Shown here: positions 9,537 through 18,349 of the stretch, one piece after another | How positions within the stretch are numbered: position 1 is the first letter of the stretch | Layout of the letters: each line of letters opens with the position of its first letter | From: Anaerolineae bacterium | GTDB taxonomy: Bacteria > Chloroflexota > Anaerolineae > 4572-78 > JBHHXL01 | Reading direction: 5' to 3' | DNA: 59,713 bases | Assembly (NCBI GenBank): GCA_046757065.1 | Contig: JBHHXL010000001.1 | Location: forward strand, 1-59,713 | Translations under genes and position numbers: made by a program | Notes under the pieces: generated by a model | Told to the model about the DNA's origin: nothing | The model's database searches: none | The model's input: the letters and a program-made list of their open reading frames with translations, nothing else

Positions 9537-9756
9537 GGTTTTGGCGCTCCTGAAAATACCCCTCCCCTAGCCCCTCCCCGCCGGCGGGGAGGGGTTGGGG
9601 TGGGGTAAAATTTGCCGCGGGCTGAGTCCGTCTCTAAAAATAGACCGGTTCAGGAGTCCGGACACTTGCACCTGCGCGCAAGTGCAGGTGATGAATTCCG
9701 GACTCCTATTTTCACGCTTCGCGCCGGTGATGAGCTGTCCGGCCCGTGGCGACTTC

Positions 9757-10713
9757 CTACATAGCAGTAATCGGACGGCTTTGCAGCAGGTACAAACGAC
9801 CGTCCGCGATACCCCATTCGATATCCTGCGGGCAGCCGAAATGCGCTTCCACCCGATTGCCCAGGTCTACCAACTGGATGAGTTCCGCCTCCGTCAGCAC
9901 GCGGGCCGATTGTTTTTCCGGCGGCACGGCCACGGTCTCGATGCCGCCCGCTTCGTTCTGGCTGACCATTACGGATTTTTTCGGCACGAATTCGCTGATG
10001 AGCTCGTAATCCTCGCGGTCGATTTTGTAGCTGTCGGGCGTGATTTTGCCGGAGACAACCCCCTCACCCAGCCCCCAGACGGCCTCAATCATCATCTGGA
10101 AATGGTTGCCCAGGATCGGATCGACGGTGAACAGCACCCCCGATTTCTCGCAGGCGATCATTCTTTGCACGACGACGGCCATCGAGACCGGCCGCCGGTC
10201 GAAGCCCTTTTGGCGGCGATAAAAGATCGCTTGCGAGGTGTAGAGGGAGGCCCAGCAGCGGCGCACCGCCTCGAGGACGGCCTGGCCGCCGCGAACGTTC
10301 AGGAACGTCTCTTGCTGCCCGGCAAAGCTGGCCCCGGCCAGGTCCTCGGCTGTGGCGCTGGAGCGCACGGCCACGATGGCGTTGTGGCCCAGGGCCTGAT
10401 AGCGTTCTAAAATGCGGCGGGCCAAACGCTCCTCAAGAGGGACCTGGTCAAACCAGCGGCGGATCCGGGCCTCCGCTTCCCGGAGTTGGGCGCTGTCGCT
10501 TCGGTCCAGCCCGGCCAGCAAGCGGTTGATGTCGGCTTCCACGCCGCTGGTTTCGACCATCTGCCGGTAGGCCGGGGTGCACACCACGAAACCGGGCGGA
10601 ACGGGCAAACCGGCCTGGGCCAGCTCTCCCAGATTGGCCCCCTTTCCACCCGCAATGGAGGCGCTGTCCCGCGAAATCTCGTCGAACCCGGCGCACAGGG
10701 GCGCGTCGAGCAT
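9757..10713 (-). CDS. PEP/pyruvate-binding (ATP-grasp) domain protein; N-terminal module of PEP synthase, PpsB-like
   Basis: AGGKGANLGEL motif and C-terminal DIEW...LYLLQSRPIT. I prefer the ATG at 10713 with GAGGA upstream, 4 nt after the cyclase stop. Confidence 0.75.
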   Translation of the reverse strand: MLDAPLCAGFDEISRDSASIAGGKGANLGELAQAGLPVPPGFVVCTPAYRQMVETSGVEADINRLLAGLDRSDSAQLREAEARIRRWFDQVPLEERLARRILERYQALGHNAIVAVRSSATAEDLAGASFAGQQETFLNVRGGQAVLEAVRRCWASLYTSQAIFYRRQKGFDRRPVSMAVVVQRMIACEKSGVLFTVDPILGNHFQMMIEAVWGLGEGVVSGKITPDSYKIDREDYELISEFVPKKSVMVSQNEAGGIETVAVPPEKQSARVLTEAELIQLVDLGNRVEAHFGCPQDIEWGIADGRLYLLQSRPITAM

Positions 10714-10717
10714 ACAG

Positions 10718-11437
10718 CTAATCCTCGATGATGGCAACGGCCCGCACGGGAGCGCCGGTGGTGCCCTTCCATTTGACCGGCAGCAACGACAATTTGAAGC
10801 CGTAGGGTTGGGGCAGCGCGTCTAAGTTTGCCAGGTTCTCCAGGTGATAATACTCACGGGCCAGCATCACCCGGTGCGCGGGCCAGAATTCCTTCGTCTC
10901 GAACATAGCTTTGACCGGACGGTCGAAGGTTGGGGCGTCGATGCCGGCCATCTTGACCCCCTGGTCGAGCAACCAGTGCGTGGCTTCCCCGGTCATCCCG
11001 CAATGCTCGGTCAGATAGCGCATCTCGGTGTTGTACCGGGATGCGCCGGTTTTGATAAGGACAATATCGAGCGGCTTGAGGGCGTAGTCGATCTGGCGCA
11101 GCGCTCCTTGCAGGTCGTCGGGGGTGATGCCGTAGCCGGGCGGCCTGTCGGTGAAGTCAAGTACGACGCCATCCCCGTAGCAGTATTCAAGCGGGATTCC
11201 TTCCGGGCCGGGGGCGTCATCGCGCATGTGCCGCAGCGAGTCGACGTGGGTGCCGACGTGATCGCCCAGAACCACCACGTAATGGGCGGTGAGCCAATCC
11301 GCGCCGTGCTCAGCCGCGCCGATGTTAGCCGCGAATTCCTCCCAGCTTTCCAGCATAGCCAGGATGGGACGGGCCACGCGGGGGAAAACGACCATATCAC
11401 CGCTGACTTCCATGCTGAGGTCGATGAGGGTTGTCAT
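10718..11437 (-). CDS. Cyclase-family (kynurenine formamidase/isatin hydrolase-like) metal hydrolase
   Basis: HVGTHVDSLRHM matches the HxGTHxDxPxH cyclase-family signature. ATG at 11437. Confidence 0.8.
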   Translation of the reverse strand: MTTLIDLSMEVSGDMVVFPRVARPILAMLESWEEFAANIGAAEHGADWLTAHYVVVLGDHVGTHVDSLRHMRDDAPGPEGIPLEYCYGDGVVLDFTDRPPGYGITPDDLQGALRQIDYALKPLDIVLIKTGASRYNTEMRYLTEHCGMTGEATHWLLDQGVKMAGIDAPTFDRPVKAMFETKEFWPAHRVMLAREYYHLENLANLDALPQPYGFKLSLLPVKWKGTTGAPVRAVAIIED

Positions 11438-11455
11438 TATCAAAACCCCTTTTGT

Positions 11456-13171
11456 CTAACCAGCCACGATCTCAACAGTGCCGGTGCTACCGTTGACCCG
11501 AACGCGGTCACCGGTCTTGATGCGCCGGGTGCTGTCCATCGTGCCGACCACGGCCGGAATACCGAATTCGCGGGCCACAACCGCCGGATGCGCCAGCGCG
11601 CCCCCGGCGTCGGTGACCAGGCCGGCGATCTTGGTGAAGACGACCACCCAGGCCGGATTGGTCATCACGCAGACCATGATTTCGCCGTGCTGAACCCGGT
11701 CGAAGTCCTCTGGCCCCTTGACCAGCCTGGCCTTGCCCTCCACCACTCCGGCGGAACCGGCCAAACCCTGGATCACGTCCGCCGGTTCGGCCGATTTTTC
11801 CCCGGCCATTTCAAACCGCTGCGGGTAGCCCCACAGGGTGTGGTATGGCTCCTCGTACACCGCCCAATGGTTGGCCGAGCCGACCCAATCCCTGGGCCTC
11901 ACCTGCCAGGCCCGGTCGCGCTCGCGGCGGGCCTGCTTGATGGCGGCCCGCCCGTCAAAGCCGTCGGGGTTGTCGCCGGTTTTGGGGTTGGAAACGTACC
12001 AACGCAGCGGCTCGTACTCAAGATAAAAGATATCTTCCGGATCGTCAAGCAGGCCGATCCTGGCCAGATGGCGGCCGATGCCCAGGAACACCAGCCGCAG
12101 ACGGGCGTAGGTCCCCTGGTCGATGTAGAAGTGGTGATCGGGCGTGAGGGGCATCATCTTCAGGGCCAGTTCCAGCGCCGCCTCGAATTTAGCCCGTTGT
12201 TCGTCACCGGCGCTATCGGGGATGAGCGCCCGCAGCTCCTCGATAGCCGCGGCCTGGTCGGTGCGGACGTGCTCCAGTTGGGAGGGGTAGTCGTAATCCG
12301 AGGCCAGGTAGCCTTTGATCGTTTCAATCACCGGCGTGGTGTCCTCGACCCACAGCTTGTTGATGTACTCGTGGCTGTGGATGGCCCGGTAGCCAAACTC
12401 CTGGGCATAAGCCTCAACATCGGCCAGGAACGCCTGCCCCCGGTCGCTGGCCTCCAGGGCGGGCCGGATGGCGGTGGCCGTTTCGCCGCCGTCAAATATG
12501 GCCTTGAGGTCGGGGTCTGCCTTGACCTGTTCCTTGAGCTCCCACAGCCGGTTGATCGAGTCCCAATTTCGGTCCTCAACCGACACCAGGATGCGACCGA
12601 CCAGGGCCGGGTCCACCTCGCCGATCACTTCGGCTACGACGCCGCCAAAATCAATGGAGGACTGGAATTGGGCCAGGTTCAAAATCCAGTGGATGCGGAA
12701 ATGGCGCTCTTGAATATCCAGGGCTTCCTCCAGATGGATCATCAGTTCCGGTAAAGACGCGGTATCCAGCGGAAAGTTATCGAGGTACTCAAAATTGCGC
12801 TTGATCTCCGGCAGGTAACGGTCGTTCCACCAATCCAGGAAATTGGTGGCGTAGGTGGACATCACCATACCGTAGTAGGGCGAAATTTTGCCGGCCTCCT
12901 CCGGGTCGCGGGGCATCACCGCTGTGTAAACGTAGCCGTTTACCTTCTTGGCCAGCCACTCCTTCCCGAACGGCGCGCCAAAGCGCCGGTACAGGTACTC
13001 GCAGGTTGGCCCCCACCAGCCCCCGACATCAAAATACATCGGGGAGACGGGGTTTGGGATGTGCAGGTCATCATAAAACCAGAAATGTTGCTTCTCGGCC
13101 TCGCCTTCCCAGGTGACGGGAAAATCACTATCCCCAAAAAAGGTGTCGTGCACTTTGGCTGAGTCTGCCAT
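11456..13171 (-). CDS. PEP-utilising enzyme mobile (swivel His) domain protein with a large N-terminal substrate-side domain; PpsA-like
   Basis: 571 aa. C-terminal GGALAHPAVVAREFGIPAVVG phosphohistidine swivel motif. N-terminal FPVTWEGEAEKQHFWFYDDLHIPNPVSP. AGGAGG RBS. Confidence 0.75.
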   Translation of the reverse strand: MADSAKVHDTFFGDSDFPVTWEGEAEKQHFWFYDDLHIPNPVSPMYFDVGGWWGPTCEYLYRRFGAPFGKEWLAKKVNGYVYTAVMPRDPEEAGKISPYYGMVMSTYATNFLDWWNDRYLPEIKRNFEYLDNFPLDTASLPELMIHLEEALDIQERHFRIHWILNLAQFQSSIDFGGVVAEVIGEVDPALVGRILVSVEDRNWDSINRLWELKEQVKADPDLKAIFDGGETATAIRPALEASDRGQAFLADVEAYAQEFGYRAIHSHEYINKLWVEDTTPVIETIKGYLASDYDYPSQLEHVRTDQAAAIEELRALIPDSAGDEQRAKFEAALELALKMMPLTPDHHFYIDQGTYARLRLVFLGIGRHLARIGLLDDPEDIFYLEYEPLRWYVSNPKTGDNPDGFDGRAAIKQARRERDRAWQVRPRDWVGSANHWAVYEEPYHTLWGYPQRFEMAGEKSAEPADVIQGLAGSAGVVEGKARLVKGPEDFDRVQHGEIMVCVMTNPAWVVVFTKIAGLVTDAGGALAHPAVVAREFGIPAVVGTMDSTRRIKTGDRVRVNGSTGTVEIVAG

Positions 13172-13237
13172 CGCCTCATCCTCCTGTATGCGAATGGTTA
13201 TTGAATTTGAACGCGCAGGGTAATCGATGATTGATAA

Positions 13238-13266
13238 ATCATAATCGATAATCGATAATCTGTCAA
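13238..13266 (-). promoter_or_regulatory. Sigma-70-type promoter of the PpsA-like operon, with heptamer repeats in the spacer
   Basis: The minus strand reads TTGACA-N17-TATGAT. The spacer is ATCGATA-type tandem heptamers, and the TGATT-GATA-AATCA palindrome (13228-13241) overlaps the -10. Confidence 0.55.
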
Positions 13267-13453
13267 GAGTTTGTGATAGGATTAGCGGTTAGCATTCCAG
13301 TGGATCAGGTTCCGGCGCTTAACCTTGCTCAATTTGGCGAAATCAATATCATACACTGTAAATACTTGCCTGTTCCAAAAAAGTTCTGACCTATTGAAGC
13401 ATTCACAATTCAAGACGATGCCTTAGGTCATTCAGTGTAGAGGGCTACCAAAC

Positions 13454-13774
13454 ATGGCTTATTCTGAGAGCGACAAGGTGTTCCATTACTTTCTACAAGA
13501 GATTAAGTATCGCCTGGGTCACCACCTTAAAGAGCTCATCCTCTTTGGCTCCAGAGCGCGAGGAGATGATATACCCGGTTCTGATTATGACTGCCTGGCC
13601 ATCGTCGATGAAATTTCACCCGAGATTAATAATATCATAGATGAATTAGCAGGGGAGCTTCTTTTTCGGTACAATGCCGTTTTCTCAGTTATCCCGATTT
13701 CAGAACCACTTTACTTGCAGGCTACTCTTGATCCATTCTTAATAAATATCCGTGAAGAGGGCATCACCTTATGA
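13454..13774 (+). CDS. Minimal nucleotidyltransferase (MNT-type antitoxin of HEPN/MNT modules)
   Basis: 106 aa. LFGSRARGD...SDYD nucleotidyltransferase motif. Lies in an AT-rich segment. Confidence 0.8.
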   Translation: MAYSESDKVFHYFLQEIKYRLGHHLKELILFGSRARGDDIPGSDYDCLAIVDEISPEINNIIDELAGELLFRYNAVFSVIPISEPLYLQATLDPFLINIREEGITL

Positions 13775-13806
13775 GTGATGCCCCTGACTTGGAAAAATTC
13801 CTATAA
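13771..13806 (+). pseudogene. Possible remnant of the cognate HEPN toxin gene (11 codons)
   Basis: The ATG overlaps the MNT stop (ATGA), the classic toxin-antitoxin junction. The frame MSDAPDLEKFL stops after 11 codons, directly abutting the next gene. Confidence 0.3.
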
Positions 13807-15846
13807 GTGCCACACCCATTTCCTAAAACTCGCTGGCCGCTTTTCCGCTACTTGTGCCTGCCCACGCTGCTGCTCTTAATACTTCTGCCGGCTTGCGCCT
13901 CCACCTCACTAACCCCACCCCCCGCTCGCCTCTACATCTTCGACGTAAGCGACCTGCACCTGGACCACCACCGGCACTGCCTGGGGGCCACGGGTAATCG
14001 CCACTGCACCGTTGATAGCCCTCCGCCCCCCGGCAAATCCTACGACGACCTGCTGCGCGATTATGACACGTTGATCTTCATCACCACCTTGCAAGGGATC
14101 GTCAACCGCGAGAAGCCGCAATTGTACCTGATCCACGACCGGGGCCGGCCCGAAACCGGGAGACCGGGTATCGACACCTTCTGGCTGGAGAAGTACCGGG
14201 AGCCGGACCAACCCTACGGCTGGCTGGTGGGGACCGAGATCGTTGAGCTGAATGGCCTGGAGACGCTGCTGCAAACCTTCGCCCCGGCGGTGGAGGGCGT
14301 CGTCCTCTGGGACCCGGCGCTGCCGGCCACGCTCAATGTAGCCACGACCATCGCCGGCGTCGAGAATCTGGCCGTGTTGCGCGCGGGCAGCGACCTGACG
14401 CCGCTGGTGACCGCCCATCTGCCGGTCAAGCGATCGCTGGTGGGGCTGTTTCAGCCGAACGCGCCGACTCTGCCCGGTAGTAGCACACCCTCCTCCGGCT
14501 CCCCGAAAACGGACGCCTACCTGTGGGCTAAGGAGCAATATCTGGATACGGGCCAGGCCAACGCCCAATTTGTGGCCTACCTGGAAGATGGCTGGCCGGC
14601 CACCCGTTACCGCCAACAGCAGATGACGCGGGGCGGCGTCTACGCCCTCGAACGCGACTACGTCGTCCAGCAGCGCGGCTTCGCCTTCGACCTCTCCCCC
14701 TGGCCCAATGAGCCCCCAATCGACGACCCCGGCCAGCCCCCCGGCGCTGACGCCGCCGCCTTCGAAGCCATCCTCCAGGCTGCCGCAGACGAGGCGGGCG
14801 GTCGCCTGATCAAGGTCTGGGGGTTTATCCCCTGGTACGAGAAATACGCCGCCGCGCCCGGCTTCGGCGGGCAGAACGATCCGGTCCAGGGCGAGTGGGA
14901 GAGCACCTGGCTCTTCTCCCGCTATGGCGCTTATTTGCAGGGCGGCGGCGGCGACGTGTTCGGGGTGGCGATGGCCAACGTCTCCGTCCACAAATTCGGC
15001 CCGCAGCCGGCGCATCGCCGCCCACCCGCAACGCCCTCCAGGGCGGCGCTCAAGGAAAAAGGCTACCTCACGTCGCAGGGCCAGGTCTCGCCGGAGCGCA
15101 CCTTTGTCCTGTTTTACGCCGGCGATTACGACCTGGCCCACCCGGTCTACACCCTGCTGGGCAACACGGACGTTGCCCCCTGGCTGGACCCGCACCGGGG
15201 CGAGGTGCCGCTGGCCTGGGGGATGAACCCGGCTCTGGTCGAAGATATTCCGGGCATTATGACCTATCTCTACGCCACCCAGACCGGCAACGATTTCTTC
15301 GTGGCGGCCAACAGCGGCGCCGGCTACCTCAACCCCGACGGGCTGCCGGATGTGACCCTGCTCCGCTGGTTGGAGCGTAGCCGCAGTTTTTACAACGATT
15401 ATGGCTATAACGTGCAGGGCTTTCTGCTCAACGGCAACGGTGATACGATGTCGCAGCGGCGATTGGACGCCTTCACCTTCCTGACGCCGGCGGGTATCCT
15501 CACCCCCGATTTTGAAACCGACGAACCCTGGCCCCGTTTGCAACGCGAGACTCCTCTGTCGGCGATGGCCGGGGCCACCTTAAGCGGCGACCCCGGCCTG
15601 GCGGCGGAGGCGATTCACGCCACCTACCGCCGCAACCTGGCCGAGGACCGCCCGCCTTTCCTGGCCTTCCGCTCCTCTTTCCAATCGGTCAGCCTCCTGT
15701 GGGACGTGCAAAACCGCCTGCAGGCCGACGACGCAGCCGGGCGGGTCACGACCGAAGCGGGCCAGGTCTTGCATCCCAATTACACCGTGGTCGATCCTTA
15801 CACCTTCTTCGCCCTGCTGAAAGTGTGGCTGGAGGAGGGGCGGTAA
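13807..15846 (+). CDS. Lipoprotein, possibly of the GxGYxYP putative glycoside hydrolase family
   Basis: 679 aa with a GTG start. Signal peptide with lipobox LLPAC. ANSGAGYLNP resembles the GxGYxYP motif. The family call is tentative. Confidence 0.55.
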   Translation: MPHPFPKTRWPLFRYLCLPTLLLLILLPACASTSLTPPPARLYIFDVSDLHLDHHRHCLGATGNRHCTVDSPPPPGKSYDDLLRDYDTLIFITTLQGIVNREKPQLYLIHDRGRPETGRPGIDTFWLEKYREPDQPYGWLVGTEIVELNGLETLLQTFAPAVEGVVLWDPALPATLNVATTIAGVENLAVLRAGSDLTPLVTAHLPVKRSLVGLFQPNAPTLPGSSTPSSGSPKTDAYLWAKEQYLDTGQANAQFVAYLEDGWPATRYRQQQMTRGGVYALERDYVVQQRGFAFDLSPWPNEPPIDDPGQPPGADAAAFEAILQAAADEAGGRLIKVWGFIPWYEKYAAAPGFGGQNDPVQGEWESTWLFSRYGAYLQGGGGDVFGVAMANVSVHKFGPQPAHRRPPATPSRAALKEKGYLTSQGQVSPERTFVLFYAGDYDLAHPVYTLLGNTDVAPWLDPHRGEVPLAWGMNPALVEDIPGIMTYLYATQTGNDFFVAANSGAGYLNPDGLPDVTLLRWLERSRSFYNDYGYNVQGFLLNGNGDTMSQRRLDAFTFLTPAGILTPDFETDEPWPRLQRETPLSAMAGATLSGDPGLAAEAIHATYRRNLAEDRPPFLAFRSSFQSVSLLWDVQNRLQADDAAGRVTTEAGQVLHPNYTVVDPYTFFALLKVWLEEGR

Positions 15847-16018
15847 GCAACGCCCTTCCCGGCGCGTCCAAGAATTAAAGACCCTGACACAACCACCCCA
15901 ACGACGGATAGCCCACAAAGTACCCTTCTAACCAGATTCCTATGACGATTAAAGGGATTTCACAGGTATTTGTGCAACAATAGAGCCAGGTGCTGCGTAC
16001 ATCAGAATAGCTCGGTTT

Positions 16019-16100
16019 TAGCAGTTGTTCAGAAATAGTTTGTCATTTTTGCAGGATGTTTCTTGGGAAAAGTGAAAAGTTATTTACGGACAGTTACTTA
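16019..16100. repeat. Copy A of an ~70-85 nt imperfect-hairpin repeat family (copies B 41282-41352 and C 49211-49292)
   Basis: Arms AGCAGTTGTTCAGAAATA / TATTTACGGACAGTTACT. Aligns by eye to the reverse complements of copies B and C. Confidence 0.7.
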
Positions 16101-16124
16101 GATTAAGGGAAAGGCTGGTCGAAG

Positions 16125-17084
16125 ATGATAGCGTTTGTTTTAAGCGGGGGGGGCAACCGGGGCGCGTTACAGGTGGGCGCGCTGCAAGCGCTGGCCGAGC
16201 GAGGGGTGAGGCCCGACATCGTGGTCGGGACCTCGGCGGGGGCCATCAACGGCTTGATGGTTGCCTACGACCCATCGCCGGGCCACCTGTCGAAGCTGGC
16301 CGACATCTGGCGCAACCTTTCCAGGGAGAGCATCTATCCGGGCAATTACGCCACGATGTTGTGGCGATTGGCCCGGGGCGACGCCGGGCTTTTTCCCAAC
16401 GATAGCTTCAAGTCGTTTTTGGCCGGACACACCCCGAATAACGTGCAAACCTTCGCCGAATTGACCACCGCAGCCGGGGTCAAATTCTACGCCACGGCCA
16501 CCCAGATTCCCTCCGGCCAGTTACACGTCTTTGGAGACGATGAGAGCGAAAACTTGCTGGACGCCCTGGTCGCCAGCTCGGCCCTGCCGCCATTTCACCC
16601 GCCGTACCGGATCGGTGACCGGGTCTACGTCGATGGAGGGGTGGTCTCTAACTTACCGCTCCAGGTGGCGCTGGACCGGGGCGCGAAAACCGTCTACGCC
16701 CTGCACATCGCCGACGATCCCGCCGAACAAGCGCCCGGCTACGGCGCGATGTCGGTGGCCTACTGGTCCATCGCCAAATTGCTACACGAGCAAGTTACCG
16801 CCGAGCTGGAAGGGGTCAACAGGCAGCGCGGCGTTAAGGTGTACTACATCCAGCTTACGTCTGATTTCCCCTTAACCGCTACCGACTTTAGCCAGGGCAA
16901 ACAACTCATCAACCGGGGCTACGGGCTGGCAATGGAATATTTGAACCACCAACCTTTGCCGCTGGCAACTCAAATCGGCCAGCACCTCAAAGACTGGGCG
17001 CACCACCTCTCCAGCCTGCCCGGACAGGCGAAAGCCGCCGTTCAGCGAGCCACTTCCGCTGACGCCCAACAGAACGCCGGGTAA
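16125..17084 (+). CDS. Patatin-like phospholipase
   Basis: GGGNRGA oxyanion motif, GTSAG (GxSxG) nucleophile, DGGV Asp motif. Confidence 0.85.
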   Translation: MIAFVLSGGGNRGALQVGALQALAERGVRPDIVVGTSAGAINGLMVAYDPSPGHLSKLADIWRNLSRESIYPGNYATMLWRLARGDAGLFPNDSFKSFLAGHTPNNVQTFAELTTAAGVKFYATATQIPSGQLHVFGDDESENLLDALVASSALPPFHPPYRIGDRVYVDGGVVSNLPLQVALDRGAKTVYALHIADDPAEQAPGYGAMSVAYWSIAKLLHEQVTAELEGVNRQRGVKVYYIQLTSDFPLTATDFSQGKQLINRGYGLAMEYLNHQPLPLATQIGQHLKDWAHHLSSLPGQAKAAVQRATSADAQQNAG

Positions 17085-17235
17085 TTCATCATTAAATTTC
17101 TCCGTGCGCTCTGCGTCTCCAAAGTTTGGTAATTCACCGAACTTATGGATAATTGAGATAGGCGTCAGGCGCAGATTTCAGATAATCACTGGCGACCGGC
17201 AATTGCCAACCAACACGAACCATAGGAGACAGACA

Positions 17236-18219
17236 ATGAACATTTTGGTCACCGGGGGGGCCGGGTACATCGGCAGCATTGCCGTAGAACAACTGATCGA
17301 AGCCGGGGAGGGGGTGGTCGTCTTCGATAACCTCTCGCAGGGACACCGGGCCGCCGTCCATCCCGAAGCGGTGTTTGTCGAGGGCGATCTGGCCAACAAG
17401 GCCCAGATCGACGCCGTCTTTGAACAGCACCCTATCGATGCAATCATGCATTTTGCCTCGTACACGCTCGTTGGCGAGTCGATGCAAGAGCCGTTTATGT
17501 ACCTGGGCGATAACGTGACCAACGGCCTCAACCTGTTGCGCTCTGCCGAGGAACACGGCGTGCGCAGATTTATTCTGTCCTCCACGGCCAACCTCTTCGA
17601 CGAGCCGGAGCGCATCCCCATCGCCCCCACAGAACGGATCGTGCCGGGCAGCCCCTATGGCGAGGCCAAGTTTATTTTGGAACGGATACTACACTGGCTG
17701 GACCGCACCCGAGGCTGGCAGTACGCTGCCCTGCGTTACTTCAACGCCGCCGGGGCTAGCCCAACCTTCGGCGAAGACCACGATCCGGAAACGCACCTGA
17801 TCCCCATTATTTTGCAGGTGGCCCTGGGCCGGCGCGAGAAGATTGTTCTCTTTGGCGATGATTATCCCACCCGTGATGGGAGCTGCGTCCGCGATTACAT
17901 CCACGTGATCGATCTGGCCCAGGCCCACATCCTGGCCCTGGACGCCCTGGCCCGGAACGAGGGCAGCCGGGCTTACAACCTGGGAAATGGGAACGGCTAT
18001 ACGAATAAAGAGGTTATCCAGACGGCCCGCGACGTGACCGGCCATCCCATCCCAATGGAGGTTGGCCCGCGCCGCCCTGGCGACCCGGCCACCCTGGTTG
18101 CCGACAGCAGCGAGATCAAGCAAGTGCTAGGCTGGAGGCCGCGTTACCCCGACCTGCGTTCCATTGTAGAAACGGCCTGGCGGTGGCACCAGGCGCATCC
18201 TGAGGGCTATGAAGATTAG
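17236..18219 (+). CDS. galE: UDP-glucose 4-epimerase
   Basis: [14 protein letters not shown], and YGEAK catalytic Tyr/Lys. AGGAGA RBS 6 nt upstream. The track extension back to 17104 is rejected. Confidence 0.9.
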   Translation: MNILVTGGAGYIGSIAVEQLIEAGEGVVVFDNLSQGHRAAVHPEAVFVEGDLANKAQIDAVFEQHPIDAIMHFASYTLVGESMQEPFMYLGDNVTNGLNLLRSAEEHGVRRFILSSTANLFDEPERIPIAPTERIVPGSPYGEAKFILERILHWLDRTRGWQYAALRYFNAAGASPTFGEDHDPETHLIPIILQVALGRREKIVLFGDDYPTRDGSCVRDYIHVIDLAQAHILALDALARNEGSRAYNLGNGNGYTNKEVIQTARDVTGHPIPMEVGPRRPGDPATLVADSSEIKQVLGWRPRYPDLRSIVETAWRWHQAHPEGYED

Positions 18220-18349
18220 GGCCTGGTCAACTAGATCATGGGTGAATTGGTTGGCCGGTTGACCAATCACAAGCCAACCGGTCAACCGCTTTACCACGCC
18301 AGGCGGCCGGTTGGCGGGATGGGGCAATCCTGCATATAATCCGGAGGCA

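Noticed and set aside
10844-12754. 636-aa plus-strand ORF overlapping the cyclase and PpsA-like genes
   Set aside because: It is antisense to two genes with unambiguous family signatures, has no motif of its own, and shows high-GC shadow-frame composition.
13909-15543. 544-aa minus-strand ORF antisense to the lipoprotein gene
   Set aside because: Its Arg/Gly/Ala/Pro/Val-rich composition is typical of antisense frames in high-GC DNA. It has no motif, no RBS and no sensible neighbours. The plus-strand frame has a lipobox signal peptide and a family-like motif.
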